Below are positions 36,291-45,208 of a DNA stretch of 64,000 nucleotides, one piece after another. Every line of letters starts with the position of its first letter. Position 1 is the stretch's first letter. The DNA is from an uncultured Fibrobacter sp. (GTDB lineage: Bacteria > Fibrobacterota > Fibrobacteria > Fibrobacterales > Fibrobacteraceae), in NCBI GenBank assembly GCA_964501065.1, contig CAZCRF010000006.1, positions 204 to 64,203 on the forward strand, written 5' to 3'. The notes under the pieces are model-generated. The model ran no database searches, was not told the origin of the DNA, and saw only the letters and a list, made by a program, of their open reading frames with translations. The position numbers and the translations under genes were made by a program.

Positions 36291-38071
36291 ACATGACAAA
36301 ATTTCTCAAGACACTCCTCCTTTCCCTAGTCGGCGCAATCGTCCTCGTCGCAGGGGCGTTCTATTTTGGCGCCCCGCTTTTCGGTTGGCTTATCATTGCC
36401 GCCATTTTCGGGATATACCTGATTTCTTCGATTCGCATTTCCCTCGGGATCCGTGCGGACGAAAAGGCGCGGGCGAAACTCGAAAAGTATGCGTCGCTTT
36501 TTGAACGGGGGCGGACCCCGGCGGAATCGGAACTGGACAGTTCGAACGCCGTCGATTCGCGCATCCGCTTTTTGAAATACTCCAAGGGGAATTCCGCATG
36601 GAACGCGGAGGACTTGCCTTACCTCAAATCGGCGTGGTCTGCCGTCGAGGATTCCCAGGCAGAGAGCCACGGCGGCGTAGTCGTCTTGCTCGGCCTGATG
36701 GGCACTTTTTTCGGTTTGATGCTTTCCATCAATGCGGCCGGCTCGGCGATAGACACGAACGTGACTTCCGAAACGACTCTCGGCATCATCCAGAACATTT
36801 TTTCCAGCATGAAGGGAATTTTCGGTTCCTCCCTTTGCGGACTTTTTGCCGCCTTGATTTTGAACGCGGTCCATTCCATTTACGCCACTGCCCACGAAAA
36901 GTGGATCGCGGATTTGGATGCGTTCACCTTGCTCTGGCTTTTGCCGAAAAAGTCCTCCGGCGAAAGTGGGATTCTCGCCCAAATCGGGAACTTGGTGGAA
37001 TCCCTCGAAAAATCGGACGCCGCTCGTGCGAAGAATTTTGAAGAGTTGGCGGAAACCTTGCGTGCCGCAGAAGTTTCCCGTTCGGAAATTCTCGAGAAGA
37101 AGTTGGAATCCTTGCAGTCTGCGGGGGAGGCCGCCTTTGCGAATGTGCAACGGGAATTTGCGGAATCTTTCGCCAAGACGGCGGACAGTGCGCTGCAAAA
37201 TTTGGAAGCGGTGCAGAGGGCCTCTCTCGAAAATTTGTCTGCCGTGCAAAAATCGGCGGCGGAAGCTTTCGCGCGTTCGGGCGCGTCCGCCACGTCGGAA
37301 ATTCGCGATTCCCTGTCGCAGGTGATTTCCGGCCTCGCTGCGGAAATGCAACGTCTTTCGTCTAGCGTGCAATCGATTGAATCCGGAGTCGTCGAAGGCC
37401 TCGAAAAGGAAATTGCGAACCTTTCGTCGAATGTGGCCGCATCCATTTCCGGGCATTTGGAGCGGCAGATGCAAAGCTCCGGGGAAAATTGGAACACCTT
37501 CATGGAGTCGCTCCGCGCTTCTGCGGAAAAGGTCGCCGAGGCGGAGCAGAAAGGGCTCGAATCCCTCCGCGCCGTGGCGGACGAGGTCGCCGCCCGTGCG
37601 AACGATTCCACTGTCGGGCTTTCGGATGCGGTCAAGGGCGAAATGGAATCCCTGGCGCAAAAGGTCCAAGCTTCTTTCTCGGAACTCGCGAAGTCCTCGG
37701 AAAGCCTCGTGGCTGCGGAACAGTCCCTGGTGTCCGGAATCGCTTCCCGGGAGGAAAAGGAAAATGCGGCGGCGCAGGCCCTTTCGGAGAACATCGCGGA
37801 AACGGCGAAGCTCATGCGCGTGAACCAGTCGGAGCTGGCGGCCAATCTGGAAATGTTCGGCCATGGCGTCGAAGCGGTGCTTTCCAAAATTTCGGGCGAT
37901 GTGCCGGAACGCGAGAACGAAAAGAATTTCGTGGAACAACTCAACACGGCCCTCCAATCGTTCCAAGAACGTTCGGGCGAAGTGCTTTTGGAAAACGCTC
38001 TCAAGACTCAGGAAATCCTCCTCGAAATTTTGGACCAGGTGCAAAAGTCCCCGGCGGGGAAGGCGGAATAG
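36287..38071 (+). CDS. zorA: ZorA-like MotA/TolQ/ExbB-family ion-channel protein with about 390-aa helical tail (DUF802 type)
   Basis: Two N-terminal TMs. LLGLMGTFFG and MKGIFGSSLCG channel helices. Long Ala/Ser/Glu-rich helical tail. ATGA overlap with the upstream gene. Confidence 0.75.
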   Translation: MNMTKFLKTLLLSLVGAIVLVAGAFYFGAPLFGWLIIAAIFGIYLISSIRISLGIRADEKARAKLEKYASLFERGRTPAESELDSSNAVDSRIRFLKYSKGNSAWNAEDLPYLKSAWSAVEDSQAESHGGVVVLLGLMGTFFGLMLSINAAGSAIDTNVTSETTLGIIQNIFSSMKGIFGSSLCGLFAALILNAVHSIYATAHEKWIADLDAFTLLWLLPKKSSGESGILAQIGNLVESLEKSDAARAKNFEELAETLRAAEVSRSEILEKKLESLQSAGEAAFANVQREFAESFAKTADSALQNLEAVQRASLENLSAVQKSAAEAFARSGASATSEIRDSLSQVISGLAAEMQRLSSSVQSIESGVVEGLEKEIANLSSNVAASISGHLERQMQSSGENWNTFMESLRASAEKVAEAEQKGLESLRAVADEVAARANDSTVGLSDAVKGEMESLAQKVQASFSELAKSSESLVAAEQSLVSGIASREEKENAAAQALSENIAETAKLMRVNQSELAANLEMFGHGVEAVLSKISGDVPERENEKNFVEQLNTALQSFQERSGEVLLENALKTQEILLEILDQVQKSPAGKAE

Positions 38072-38074
38072 TCC

Positions 38075-38719
38075 ATGGCGAAGCGTCGAGAAGAAAGCCA
38101 TTGGCTGGTGCTGACGGATTTGACTGCGGGGCTTCTCGCCCTGTTCATCTTGGCCTTTGTCGCGATGACGACGATGAAGGAGAAAAAGGCGGAAGCCCTG
38201 ACGCGCACGGAGCAGGAAGTCGTGAGCTGCCAGGAGGAAATGCGCCGCGTCGCCAAGGAGCGCAACGCCCTGCTCTCCCAAAGCCTCAAGGCCCCGCTCG
38301 AAAAGGGCGTCATTGCGCTCGAAAACGGCAACATCCAAATCCAGGCCTCCTTCCTGTTCCCGCGGAACGGGGCGGACTTGACCGTGGAAGGCGCGAGCAT
38401 CATCCAATCCATCGGCAAGGGACTTTTGGACGTTCTCGATTCGGGGGACGCCATCATGGTCTCCGGGTTCACGGACGACACGCCGACGAATTCCCCGACT
38501 TACACGAACTGGAATCTTTCGACGGAACGCGCCGTGAACGTCGTCAAGACTCTCATCCGGCAAGGTTTCCCGGCGGACAGGCTTTTTGCGGCGGGATTCG
38601 GCGAGGAGCATCCTCGCGTCCCGAACACCAGTGAAGCGAACCGTGCCCAGAACCGCCGCGTGGAAATCGGAGTGACGTCCATCCGCAAGTCGGAACCTGT
38701 CGGGGATTTTTCGAAATGA
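38075..38719 (+). CDS. zorB: ZorB-like OmpA/MotB-family protein
   Basis: WLVLTDLTAGLLALF TM with Asp15. MVSGFTDD, NWNLSTERA, AAGFGE and NRRVEI peptidoglycan-binding motifs. Confidence 0.8.
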   Translation: MAKRREESHWLVLTDLTAGLLALFILAFVAMTTMKEKKAEALTRTEQEVVSCQEEMRRVAKERNALLSQSLKAPLEKGVIALENGNIQIQASFLFPRNGADLTVEGASIIQSIGKGLLDVLDSGDAIMVSGFTDDTPTNSPTYTNWNLSTERAVNVVKTLIRQGFPADRLFAAGFGEEHPRVPNTSEANRAQNRRVEIGVTSIRKSEPVGDFSK

Positions 38720-39399
38720 ACGGATGCGCGGAGAATTTGTACGCGGAACTCAAAGCCCGTGTCGATGCGCTTCGCAAGAATGGCCGCTTGCCGTATTGGA
38801 AGCTCTCTTACGCGGAGTTCTCCCTTTCCCGTATCGGGGATTACATCGCCGTCCGCAGGGAGGGGGAGGCCCTGGAAATGGGAAGTCGCCTGTCTTCGTG
38901 GATCGATTTCCATGAACGGGAGCTTGCGAAAACGGAAAAGCGCCCCCCTCGGAAAATTCCCCTCTGGAATTCCGAAGCCATCGAACGCGGACTAGAAGAA
39001 ATCCGGAAAAAGCTCCAAGCGAAGAATTATCTCATCCCGGTCGCAGAACGCATCTCCTTTGCGAACGGAATGGAACGCGCCCAAAAATTGCTCGCCCAGT
39101 CGCAATGCGACGCGGCTCATGCGGAACTCTTTTCGCTGAGGACGCAATTGGTTTCCAGGCTTCACCGCTCTTACCGCGCACGTGCCGCGATGATTCTTTA
39201 CAGCCGCCATGCGTCGGGATTCGGGCGTTCGCCCAAAGGGGAGGTCGTCGGCCCGTATAATTCCGAGCGAACTTTGGAATCGGCTCTTTCACTTGTCGGG
39301 GAGCGGGACGCCATTTGGGTGGAAGATTTCTTTGAACTTTACGAGGCTCTTTCGCAGATGACGGAAAGGCTCTCCCCCGTTGAAAAGAAACGGCGTTGA
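38716..39399 (+). CDS. Putative DUF2894-like protein (Zorya type III ZorG-like)
   Basis: GPYNSERTLESALSLVGERDAIWVEDFFELYEAL resembles the DUF2894 GPLNS...L...YL..F..Y...L motif. ATGA overlap with zorB. Confidence 0.6.
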   Translation: MNGCAENLYAELKARVDALRKNGRLPYWKLSYAEFSLSRIGDYIAVRREGEALEMGSRLSSWIDFHERELAKTEKRPPRKIPLWNSEAIERGLEEIRKKLQAKNYLIPVAERISFANGMERAQKLLAQSQCDAAHAELFSLRTQLVSRLHRSYRARAAMILYSRHASGFGRSPKGEVVGPYNSERTLESALSLVGERDAIWVEDFFELYEALSQMTERLSPVEKKRR

Positions 39400-39530
39400 G
39401 CCGCATCTCGGACTTTTGTCGAGTTGTCCCTGGACAACCGAATCCTTTCCGTCGGATGGGATTTGAACTTGCCCCCGTCTATATTTTGAACGTATCCGCT
39501 GAAGGATGCGTTTTTGATTGGAGTGTCGAC

Positions 39531-42284
39531 ATGAGCCTTTTCAAAATCCTATTCGTAGCCGGAGTCTCTTCCGTCGCGGCGGTCAGTTATCCTGTCCAGG
39601 AATTCCGCTTGGGCATCGGGAACTCGGACCGAAGCATGACGGGAGTTGCGGCCGGATCTTACGTCTCTTCCGCCACATTCCTCGGGACAAAGTCGCAAAA
39701 GTGGCATTTGAATTACGTCAGCGCGGGAATTCACGAAATCGTCAATTCCGAGACTGGGCAGCTCTTGACGAACGACGGCGGACTGGCCGTCACGGCGGCG
39801 GACAAGGATGCGGAAAACCAACGTTGGTTGATTCGGGCTGTGGAAAACGACTTCGACGGATATGCGCTTTATTACAAGGTGGTCTGCGCATCGGATTCGA
39901 GCCTCGGCTTGACCTTTTACCCGAACAGCAACTCGTTCCGCGTGGAGTCTTACACGGGGGCGGCTTATCAAAAATTCAAGTTGAACCTGGACGGGCTAGA
40001 AGGCTATGCGGCCAATGCGCTCACTCCATCCGGCCAAAAGGCGGGGACTATCGGGGGGCTGCTCGGCGAAGTCGTCTACGTCTCGACTGCGGACGATTTG
40101 GAAACGCAGCTGAATTCCGTCGGAGCGCAAACGATTGTCATCACGGCGGACATCGACATGCAAAAAAAGAGCAACACGCGCGTCCGCGACAACAAGACGA
40201 TAGTCGGACAATACGGGAACCACACGATTTACGATTCCCAATTCCGTACAAACGATGCGTGGGGAACTGTGGGCGAGGTCCCGTCGGACAACATCGTCTT
40301 CCGCAACTTGAAGATGGTCGCGAAGAACGCTCCGAACCGCATCCTCATCAACATCTGGTCTTCGCGGCAGATTTGGATTGACCACGTCTATTTCGAATCC
40401 CAACTCTCTTACGACAGGACGGGGAACGGTCAAGACGAAGTGGGGAAATTCATCTGGATAAACACGCCCTATGCAAATTATATGGATTCCCTCGACAGAT
40501 ACCGCAGCCCGGACTATGTGACGATTTCATACTCGCATCTCAAGAACCGCTATTGGACAGTCGCCTACGGCACGCAGAACGATGAAATCTCGCGCGACCG
40601 CACCACGCTCCTTTTCAACTGGTGGGACAAGAACGTCCGCCGCTGCCCGCAACTGGGCAATGGCAGCGCACACATCTACAACAACTATTTTTCCGCCTAT
40701 GGGACGTCGTCCAACGGCAGCGCCACGTCCGGCATCATCGGGGGGGACGGCTCCGACATGGTCTCCATCGGAAACCGGTTCAACGGCTACACGAAAAGCC
40801 AGGCCTTGATGATGGGCGGCGGGACGGATCCCTCCCGGGACTCCTATTCCTACCTGTCGGAATCCCTCGACGGCACGCCTTCGCCGGTGAGCTTTTCCCC
40901 GAAGGTCTCGTCTTCCTGGAAGCCCGAAGAGACGAATTACGGCTACTCCCTCATCGACGCCTACAATTCCAAGGGGACGGACGTGAAGGACTTTTGCACA
41001 AAATATACGGGCGACCAGACGACCGCCGATGGGATGAAGTACGTGACGGACGGCGATTTTGAAAATTGGGTGACGGTGACCTTTCCGTCGCCGTTCCTCG
41101 AAAGCATTTCCGTGGGGACGGATCCGGTGAACGGCAAGACTGCCGCTACGATGGACGCGAAGCATTCCGTCTCCATCCGGAACGTCAACAGCGGACTCTA
41201 TCTTTCGCCCGGGAATGCCCAAGCTCAAAACGGGACGGATGTCGAACAGAGCGGAATGGCGACTGCTTGGACCTTGACTCTTTCCGAGGAAGACGGCTAC
41301 TACTATTTGAATCCCGAAGGCTCGGAACTCTTCCTCGCGGCGGAAGGGGCTTCGAGTTCGAACGGTACGAACATCTCCGTTCGGGAAAAGTCCGCTGCGG
41401 ATGCATTCCTCTTCAAGTTCGTCTTGGGCGACGACGGGACTTTCAACCTGACGACGGAAATTTCGGCGGACAAGAGCTGTCTCGGCGTCGCGGCGGGGTC
41501 CAAAGATTCCGGGGCGACAGTCGTCGAATGGGAATGCAACGGTTCCGATGACCAGAAGTGGGTGGTGACGTCTCTGCCGAATGTGAAACAGGGGACTCTG
41601 TTCGCGGATTTGAAAGTCTACGACTTGGAGCGGGACTCCGCTTGGAACATCCTTTCCGAAGTCGGCGTGGGCAGCTTGATTTTCGGAGACCGCGACGTGA
41701 CTTTTGCCGATATTCCCGACTCCTTGGCCGGCGCAGAACTCATCAGCCCCGCTTGCGATTCCAAAAAATTCACCTCGGACACTTTGGCGACCTTCACTGC
41801 GGCGAAGAAAATGACGGTTTATGTAGCGGTGGACAGCCGCTTGACGGCGATTCCCGATTGGCTTTCGTCTTGGACGAAAACGGACTTGACCGTGACGAAC
41901 AGTGCGAACGTCATCTTTGACGTTTATGCGTTGTCCGCTTCCGCCGGGGAAGTGGTCTTTTTGGGTTCGAACGGGCAGACTGGCGGATGCGTACAGTATT
42001 TTGTCTTGGGCGTTCCCGAAAAGACGACGGCTCTTGTCGAACAAAAGCCTTTCGGCGGCTTTTCCGCGCGCTTTGACGGGGACGTCTTTCTCGTGGAGAA
42101 CCGTTCCGCATCGACCGCCTCCGTTTCGTTGCACAGGCTTTCCGGGGAAAGAATCGCCGGTTTCTCCGTGGACGGTCGGAATGCCGGGAGAGTCCGGCTC
42201 GGTGGGGCGACTCCCCGCGGCGTTTATTTCGTCCGCGTCCGCACCGCGTCGGGAAATGCGACGTTCCGGGTCGTTCGGCAGTAA
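39531..42284 (+). CDS. Modular pectate/pectin lyase (PL1) with two ricin-B (CBM13-like) domains and a T9SS-like C-terminal domain
   Basis: Signal peptide, NKTIVG, NIVFRNL, IWIDH and RRCPQLGNGSAHIYNNY. Q-x-W repeats (QKWHL, NQRW, DQKW). C-terminal GVYFVRV. Confidence 0.88.
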   Translation: MSLFKILFVAGVSSVAAVSYPVQEFRLGIGNSDRSMTGVAAGSYVSSATFLGTKSQKWHLNYVSAGIHEIVNSETGQLLTNDGGLAVTAADKDAENQRWLIRAVENDFDGYALYYKVVCASDSSLGLTFYPNSNSFRVESYTGAAYQKFKLNLDGLEGYAANALTPSGQKAGTIGGLLGEVVYVSTADDLETQLNSVGAQTIVITADIDMQKKSNTRVRDNKTIVGQYGNHTIYDSQFRTNDAWGTVGEVPSDNIVFRNLKMVAKNAPNRILINIWSSRQIWIDHVYFESQLSYDRTGNGQDEVGKFIWINTPYANYMDSLDRYRSPDYVTISYSHLKNRYWTVAYGTQNDEISRDRTTLLFNWWDKNVRRCPQLGNGSAHIYNNYFSAYGTSSNGSATSGIIGGDGSDMVSIGNRFNGYTKSQALMMGGGTDPSRDSYSYLSESLDGTPSPVSFSPKVSSSWKPEETNYGYSLIDAYNSKGTDVKDFCTKYTGDQTTADGMKYVTDGDFENWVTVTFPSPFLESISVGTDPVNGKTAATMDAKHSVSIRNVNSGLYLSPGNAQAQNGTDVEQSGMATAWTLTLSEEDGYYYLNPEGSELFLAAEGASSSNGTNISVREKSAADAFLFKFVLGDDGTFNLTTEISADKSCLGVAAGSKDSGATVVEWECNGSDDQKWVVTSLPNVKQGTLFADLKVYDLERDSAWNILSEVGVGSLIFGDRDVTFADIPDSLAGAELISPACDSKKFTSDTLATFTAAKKMTVYVAVDSRLTAIPDWLSSWTKTDLTVTNSANVIFDVYALSASAGEVVFLGSNGQTGGCVQYFVLGVPEKTTALVEQKPFGGFSARFDGDVFLVENRSASTASVSLHRLSGERIAGFSVDGRNAGRVRLGGATPRGVYFVRVRTASGNATFRVVRQ

Positions 42285-42305
42285 GTGAATTTCCAATCCA
42301 ATCCG

Positions 42306-42333
42306 GGCGCAGTCCATGCGGGCTGCGCCTTTT
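42306..42333 (+). terminator. Intrinsic terminator after the pectate lyase gene
   Basis: GGCGCAGTCC-ATGC-GGGCTGCGCC 10-bp stem (one G-U pair) followed by TTTT. Confidence 0.8.
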
Positions 42334-42493
42334 GCTTTGGAATTTCGGGGGCTCAAAACTTTTATTATTCCAACTTGGAGCGTTCCATAAACGTTACACT
42401 GCGGATTTTTGCCCGTTTGGGGCGTTTTAAATCTATTTTCTTTACAATTGTCATCTAGGTCACACATTTGTCTTTGAATGGTGTCATTACGGT

Positions 42494-45193
42494 ATGCAAA
42501 GCGATGCGTTGAAATGGTTCTTTGTCCGGATTCTCGGATTCGCCTTGGCTCTTTCGGCCACGGCGTTTGGCGGCGTGGATCTCGATTCCCTTTGCAGCAG
42601 CGTTTCCGGCCTTTGCTCGTATTATCCGGTCGGGGTCGTCAAATACCCGCGCCTGTGGACTGTTCCCGAAGGGGAAAACGTCTGGAACACGGCCCTGGCC
42701 ATCCCGAATGCGACTTTTTACGTTTACGCTCCGAACGACACTCTGATTTTGAATCCCTGCGACAAGGACTATTCGACGGGAATGCTCGGTTGCCGGGGCG
42801 ATGAACTCCTCTCCCATCCGACTGCGGAAGTGACTTCGGACGATTCCGGCTTCGTCTATTTGAAGGCCTATTCGAAATGGCCCGTTTCGCATGCGCCCAT
42901 CGGTACTCTAGTCCAACTGGACAAGTCTCCCTCCATCCAACGCTATTACACGTTCTACCTTCCCGAATTGGAATTTTCCTATGTGGATTCCACCGGGGAC
43001 ACGATTGTCGTCAAGGAGGAGACTCTGCTCTCGCTCCCGGTGGATTCTTCCCTTTCGGTGCTTGTCCGCGCGGTAGTCCCCGTGGGGCCGGATTCCGGGG
43101 CGACGGACACCCTCATCACCAAGACCTTTTATCTGGAAACGGGCAAGGGGGCGGACAATCTGCAGTTCACGACCCTCGGCGGCGACCCGACGAACCGCGT
43201 CGATTTGGAAAAGGGAGTGGGGACTTTTTGCGTGAGGGCCTCGGCGGCGCTTTCCGGGGCGGATTTCTCGGCGAACGGATTCGTTTCCCCGGCGGATTCC
43301 GCCGAATTTCTGGTGAGCGAAGTCTTTCCGGGAAAACTGACCTTTGAAAATCCGGACTTGCCTGTTTTGGACAGCGCGTTCATCTACGATGCGGACGGGG
43401 ACGGCATCGGCGACAGCATCGTCGCCTATTTCTCCGGGAAAACGGATTCCGTCAATTGGGACAGCCTTTTCTACAATTGGCCGACAGGCGGAGCGTTCAA
43501 GGAATTTTCCGGCGATTACAAGTGGAATGCGAAAACTTCCGTGATGGAGCTTTGGGGCGTGAAAACCTCCATCCCCGCAGATTCCGGCGCGGGCGGCTTG
43601 AAAGTTTACGCGACGTCAAAGCTCAGCGGGGCGGACGGCGTGCTTTCTTCCCCGATTGAAGACCGGATTGGCCCCGTCATCGAAATGGCGACCTTGGTCC
43701 GCGGCTCGGGCGGCGCGTTGGACACGTTGATTCTCGACTTCAACAAGGCCTTGGACACGTCCTTTGCGGAAGGTTCCGTGCTGCAGCTGTCGAACGGGGA
43801 CAAAGTCTCTGTGCGCGCCATTTCCAAGGACGGCAAGCGTTGGAAGTTTGTCGCGGATTCCGGAGCCGTGAACGTGGGGGATTCCCTTTCCATCGTCGTC
43901 GGACTCGGCGATTTGGGGCTTGTCGCATCGGACGGCAATGTCGCCTCTTACAATTTGCCTGCCGTCGTGAAGAACGCGGGGCGCGTGTACCTTTCCAACG
44001 AGAACAACGGCTTCTTCGATTCGGATGCGGACGGTCGGATGGATTCCGTGACGGTCGGGTTTGAAAATCCGATTTCCGAAGAGGAGCTGGAAAACTTGCG
44101 CCTCCAGTTCTTTTGGAGGGATACGAACGGGAACGAGCTGATTATCGAACCGGATGCGAAGGACTTGACCCTTTCAAAGGACGGCAAGACGGTTTCGTAT
44201 GCGCTTTCGGACGAGGAAGTGGCCAAGGTGCAAAAAGGCTTGACGTCGATTGACGATTCGGAAGCCTACGGATATGCCGCATTGGAAAATGTTTCCGTTG
44301 AAAACGGAGACACGGTTTCGATTTTCCAATATCTCGACATGAACGACCGGATGGCTCCCGTGGTGACTTCGACATTCCTCGCTCCGGAATCGGAAAGCCG
44401 CAGGAACTCGGATCGATTGACGGTCTCCTTTTCCGAACCTGTCGACACGTCTTCGATCGCCAATGCGAACTTCCTCGGTTTCGTCGTCGATGGGGATTCC
44501 GTTTATTTCGATTTCTCCTATGCTGTCTGGAATGACGATTTGACGCAGGTGACGTTGCTTCTCGGCAAGGACGTTTCGCTGCTTTCCCGGGCAAACCCGA
44601 ACGATTCGCTGTTCGTGAATCCGGAGGCAAGGCTTTCGGACTTCAGCGGCAATGCGGTGACGGAGAACGCCTTGGTGACGGTGATTGAAGGGGATCCGCG
44701 CGTGGTGATGGAGACCGCCTCTTTAGTCGGGCTTGACCGTGTCGCCTTGGCTGCGGATGGCCCCGCCTTTACGGAAAGGTTCTTCCCGGAAGGGACTTCG
44801 GCGAAGTCGGAAATGGGGAAATCCCTGGGAGTGATGCTCGACGTCGCATTCGCCACCATCTTTGACGATTCCACGGGGGAGTCACTGGATTTGGAAAAGG
44901 TCGGCTTGCATTGGTCTTTGGATGTTTATACGAACATGGGCGGCTTTGTCGCCGGCGGTCATGGGACGATTCACTGCGATGACCCGGATTTCGGGGAAAA
45001 TTGCTTTGAAAATGCAAAACGCCTTTATTTGCGCTGGAACTTGCGTTCGGCTTCGGGGCGAAAGGTCGGTGTCGGAGCCTACTTGGCGCAGTTCCACTTG
45101 AAAGTGTACGGGGCGAAAAACTCCTACACGTACGACAAAATTTTTAAATGGGGAGTCCACGGCGGCAAGGGCGGTCTTGCGCTAGATGACTAA
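42494..45193 (+). CDS. Large Fibrobacter-type secreted/surface protein (899 aa) with DxDxDG and Ig-like repeats
   Basis: Signal peptide. DADGDGIGD and DADGRMD motifs, TVSFSEPVD module, and C-terminal WNLRSASGRKVGVGAY...KWGV domain. Confidence 0.85.
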   Translation: MQSDALKWFFVRILGFALALSATAFGGVDLDSLCSSVSGLCSYYPVGVVKYPRLWTVPEGENVWNTALAIPNATFYVYAPNDTLILNPCDKDYSTGMLGCRGDELLSHPTAEVTSDDSGFVYLKAYSKWPVSHAPIGTLVQLDKSPSIQRYYTFYLPELEFSYVDSTGDTIVVKEETLLSLPVDSSLSVLVRAVVPVGPDSGATDTLITKTFYLETGKGADNLQFTTLGGDPTNRVDLEKGVGTFCVRASAALSGADFSANGFVSPADSAEFLVSEVFPGKLTFENPDLPVLDSAFIYDADGDGIGDSIVAYFSGKTDSVNWDSLFYNWPTGGAFKEFSGDYKWNAKTSVMELWGVKTSIPADSGAGGLKVYATSKLSGADGVLSSPIEDRIGPVIEMATLVRGSGGALDTLILDFNKALDTSFAEGSVLQLSNGDKVSVRAISKDGKRWKFVADSGAVNVGDSLSIVVGLGDLGLVASDGNVASYNLPAVVKNAGRVYLSNENNGFFDSDADGRMDSVTVGFENPISEEELENLRLQFFWRDTNGNELIIEPDAKDLTLSKDGKTVSYALSDEEVAKVQKGLTSIDDSEAYGYAALENVSVENGDTVSIFQYLDMNDRMAPVVTSTFLAPESESRRNSDRLTVSFSEPVDTSSIANANFLGFVVDGDSVYFDFSYAVWNDDLTQVTLLLGKDVSLLSRANPNDSLFVNPEARLSDFSGNAVTENALVTVIEGDPRVVMETASLVGLDRVALAADGPAFTERFFPEGTSAKSEMGKSLGVMLDVAFATIFDDSTGESLDLEKVGLHWSLDVYTNMGGFVAGGHGTIHCDDPDFGENCFENAKRLYLRWNLRSASGRKVGVGAYLAQFHLKVYGAKNSYTYDKIFKWGVHGGKGGLALDD

Positions 45194-45208
45194 CCGGAGG
45201 TTACAGAT

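Noticed and set aside
36287-38719. Flagellar stator MotAB or ExbBD/TolQR interpretation
   Set aside because: The A subunit has a roughly 390-aa tail absent from MotA/ExbB/TolQ. The B subunit has an OmpA-type domain unlike ExbD/TolR. There are no flagellar, TonB or tol-pal genes nearby.
39423-39438. GTTGTCC-CT-GGACAAC inverted repeat between the Zorya-like block and the lyase, as a terminator
   Set aside because: The 2-nt loop and lack of a U-tract argue against it. It could be an operator, but there is no supporting second copy.
42334-42493. c-di-GMP riboswitch ahead of the large surface proteins
   Set aside because: No GEMM-type GCAAAC/GAAA/GACGCAAAGC pattern. The region looks like an AT-rich promoter.
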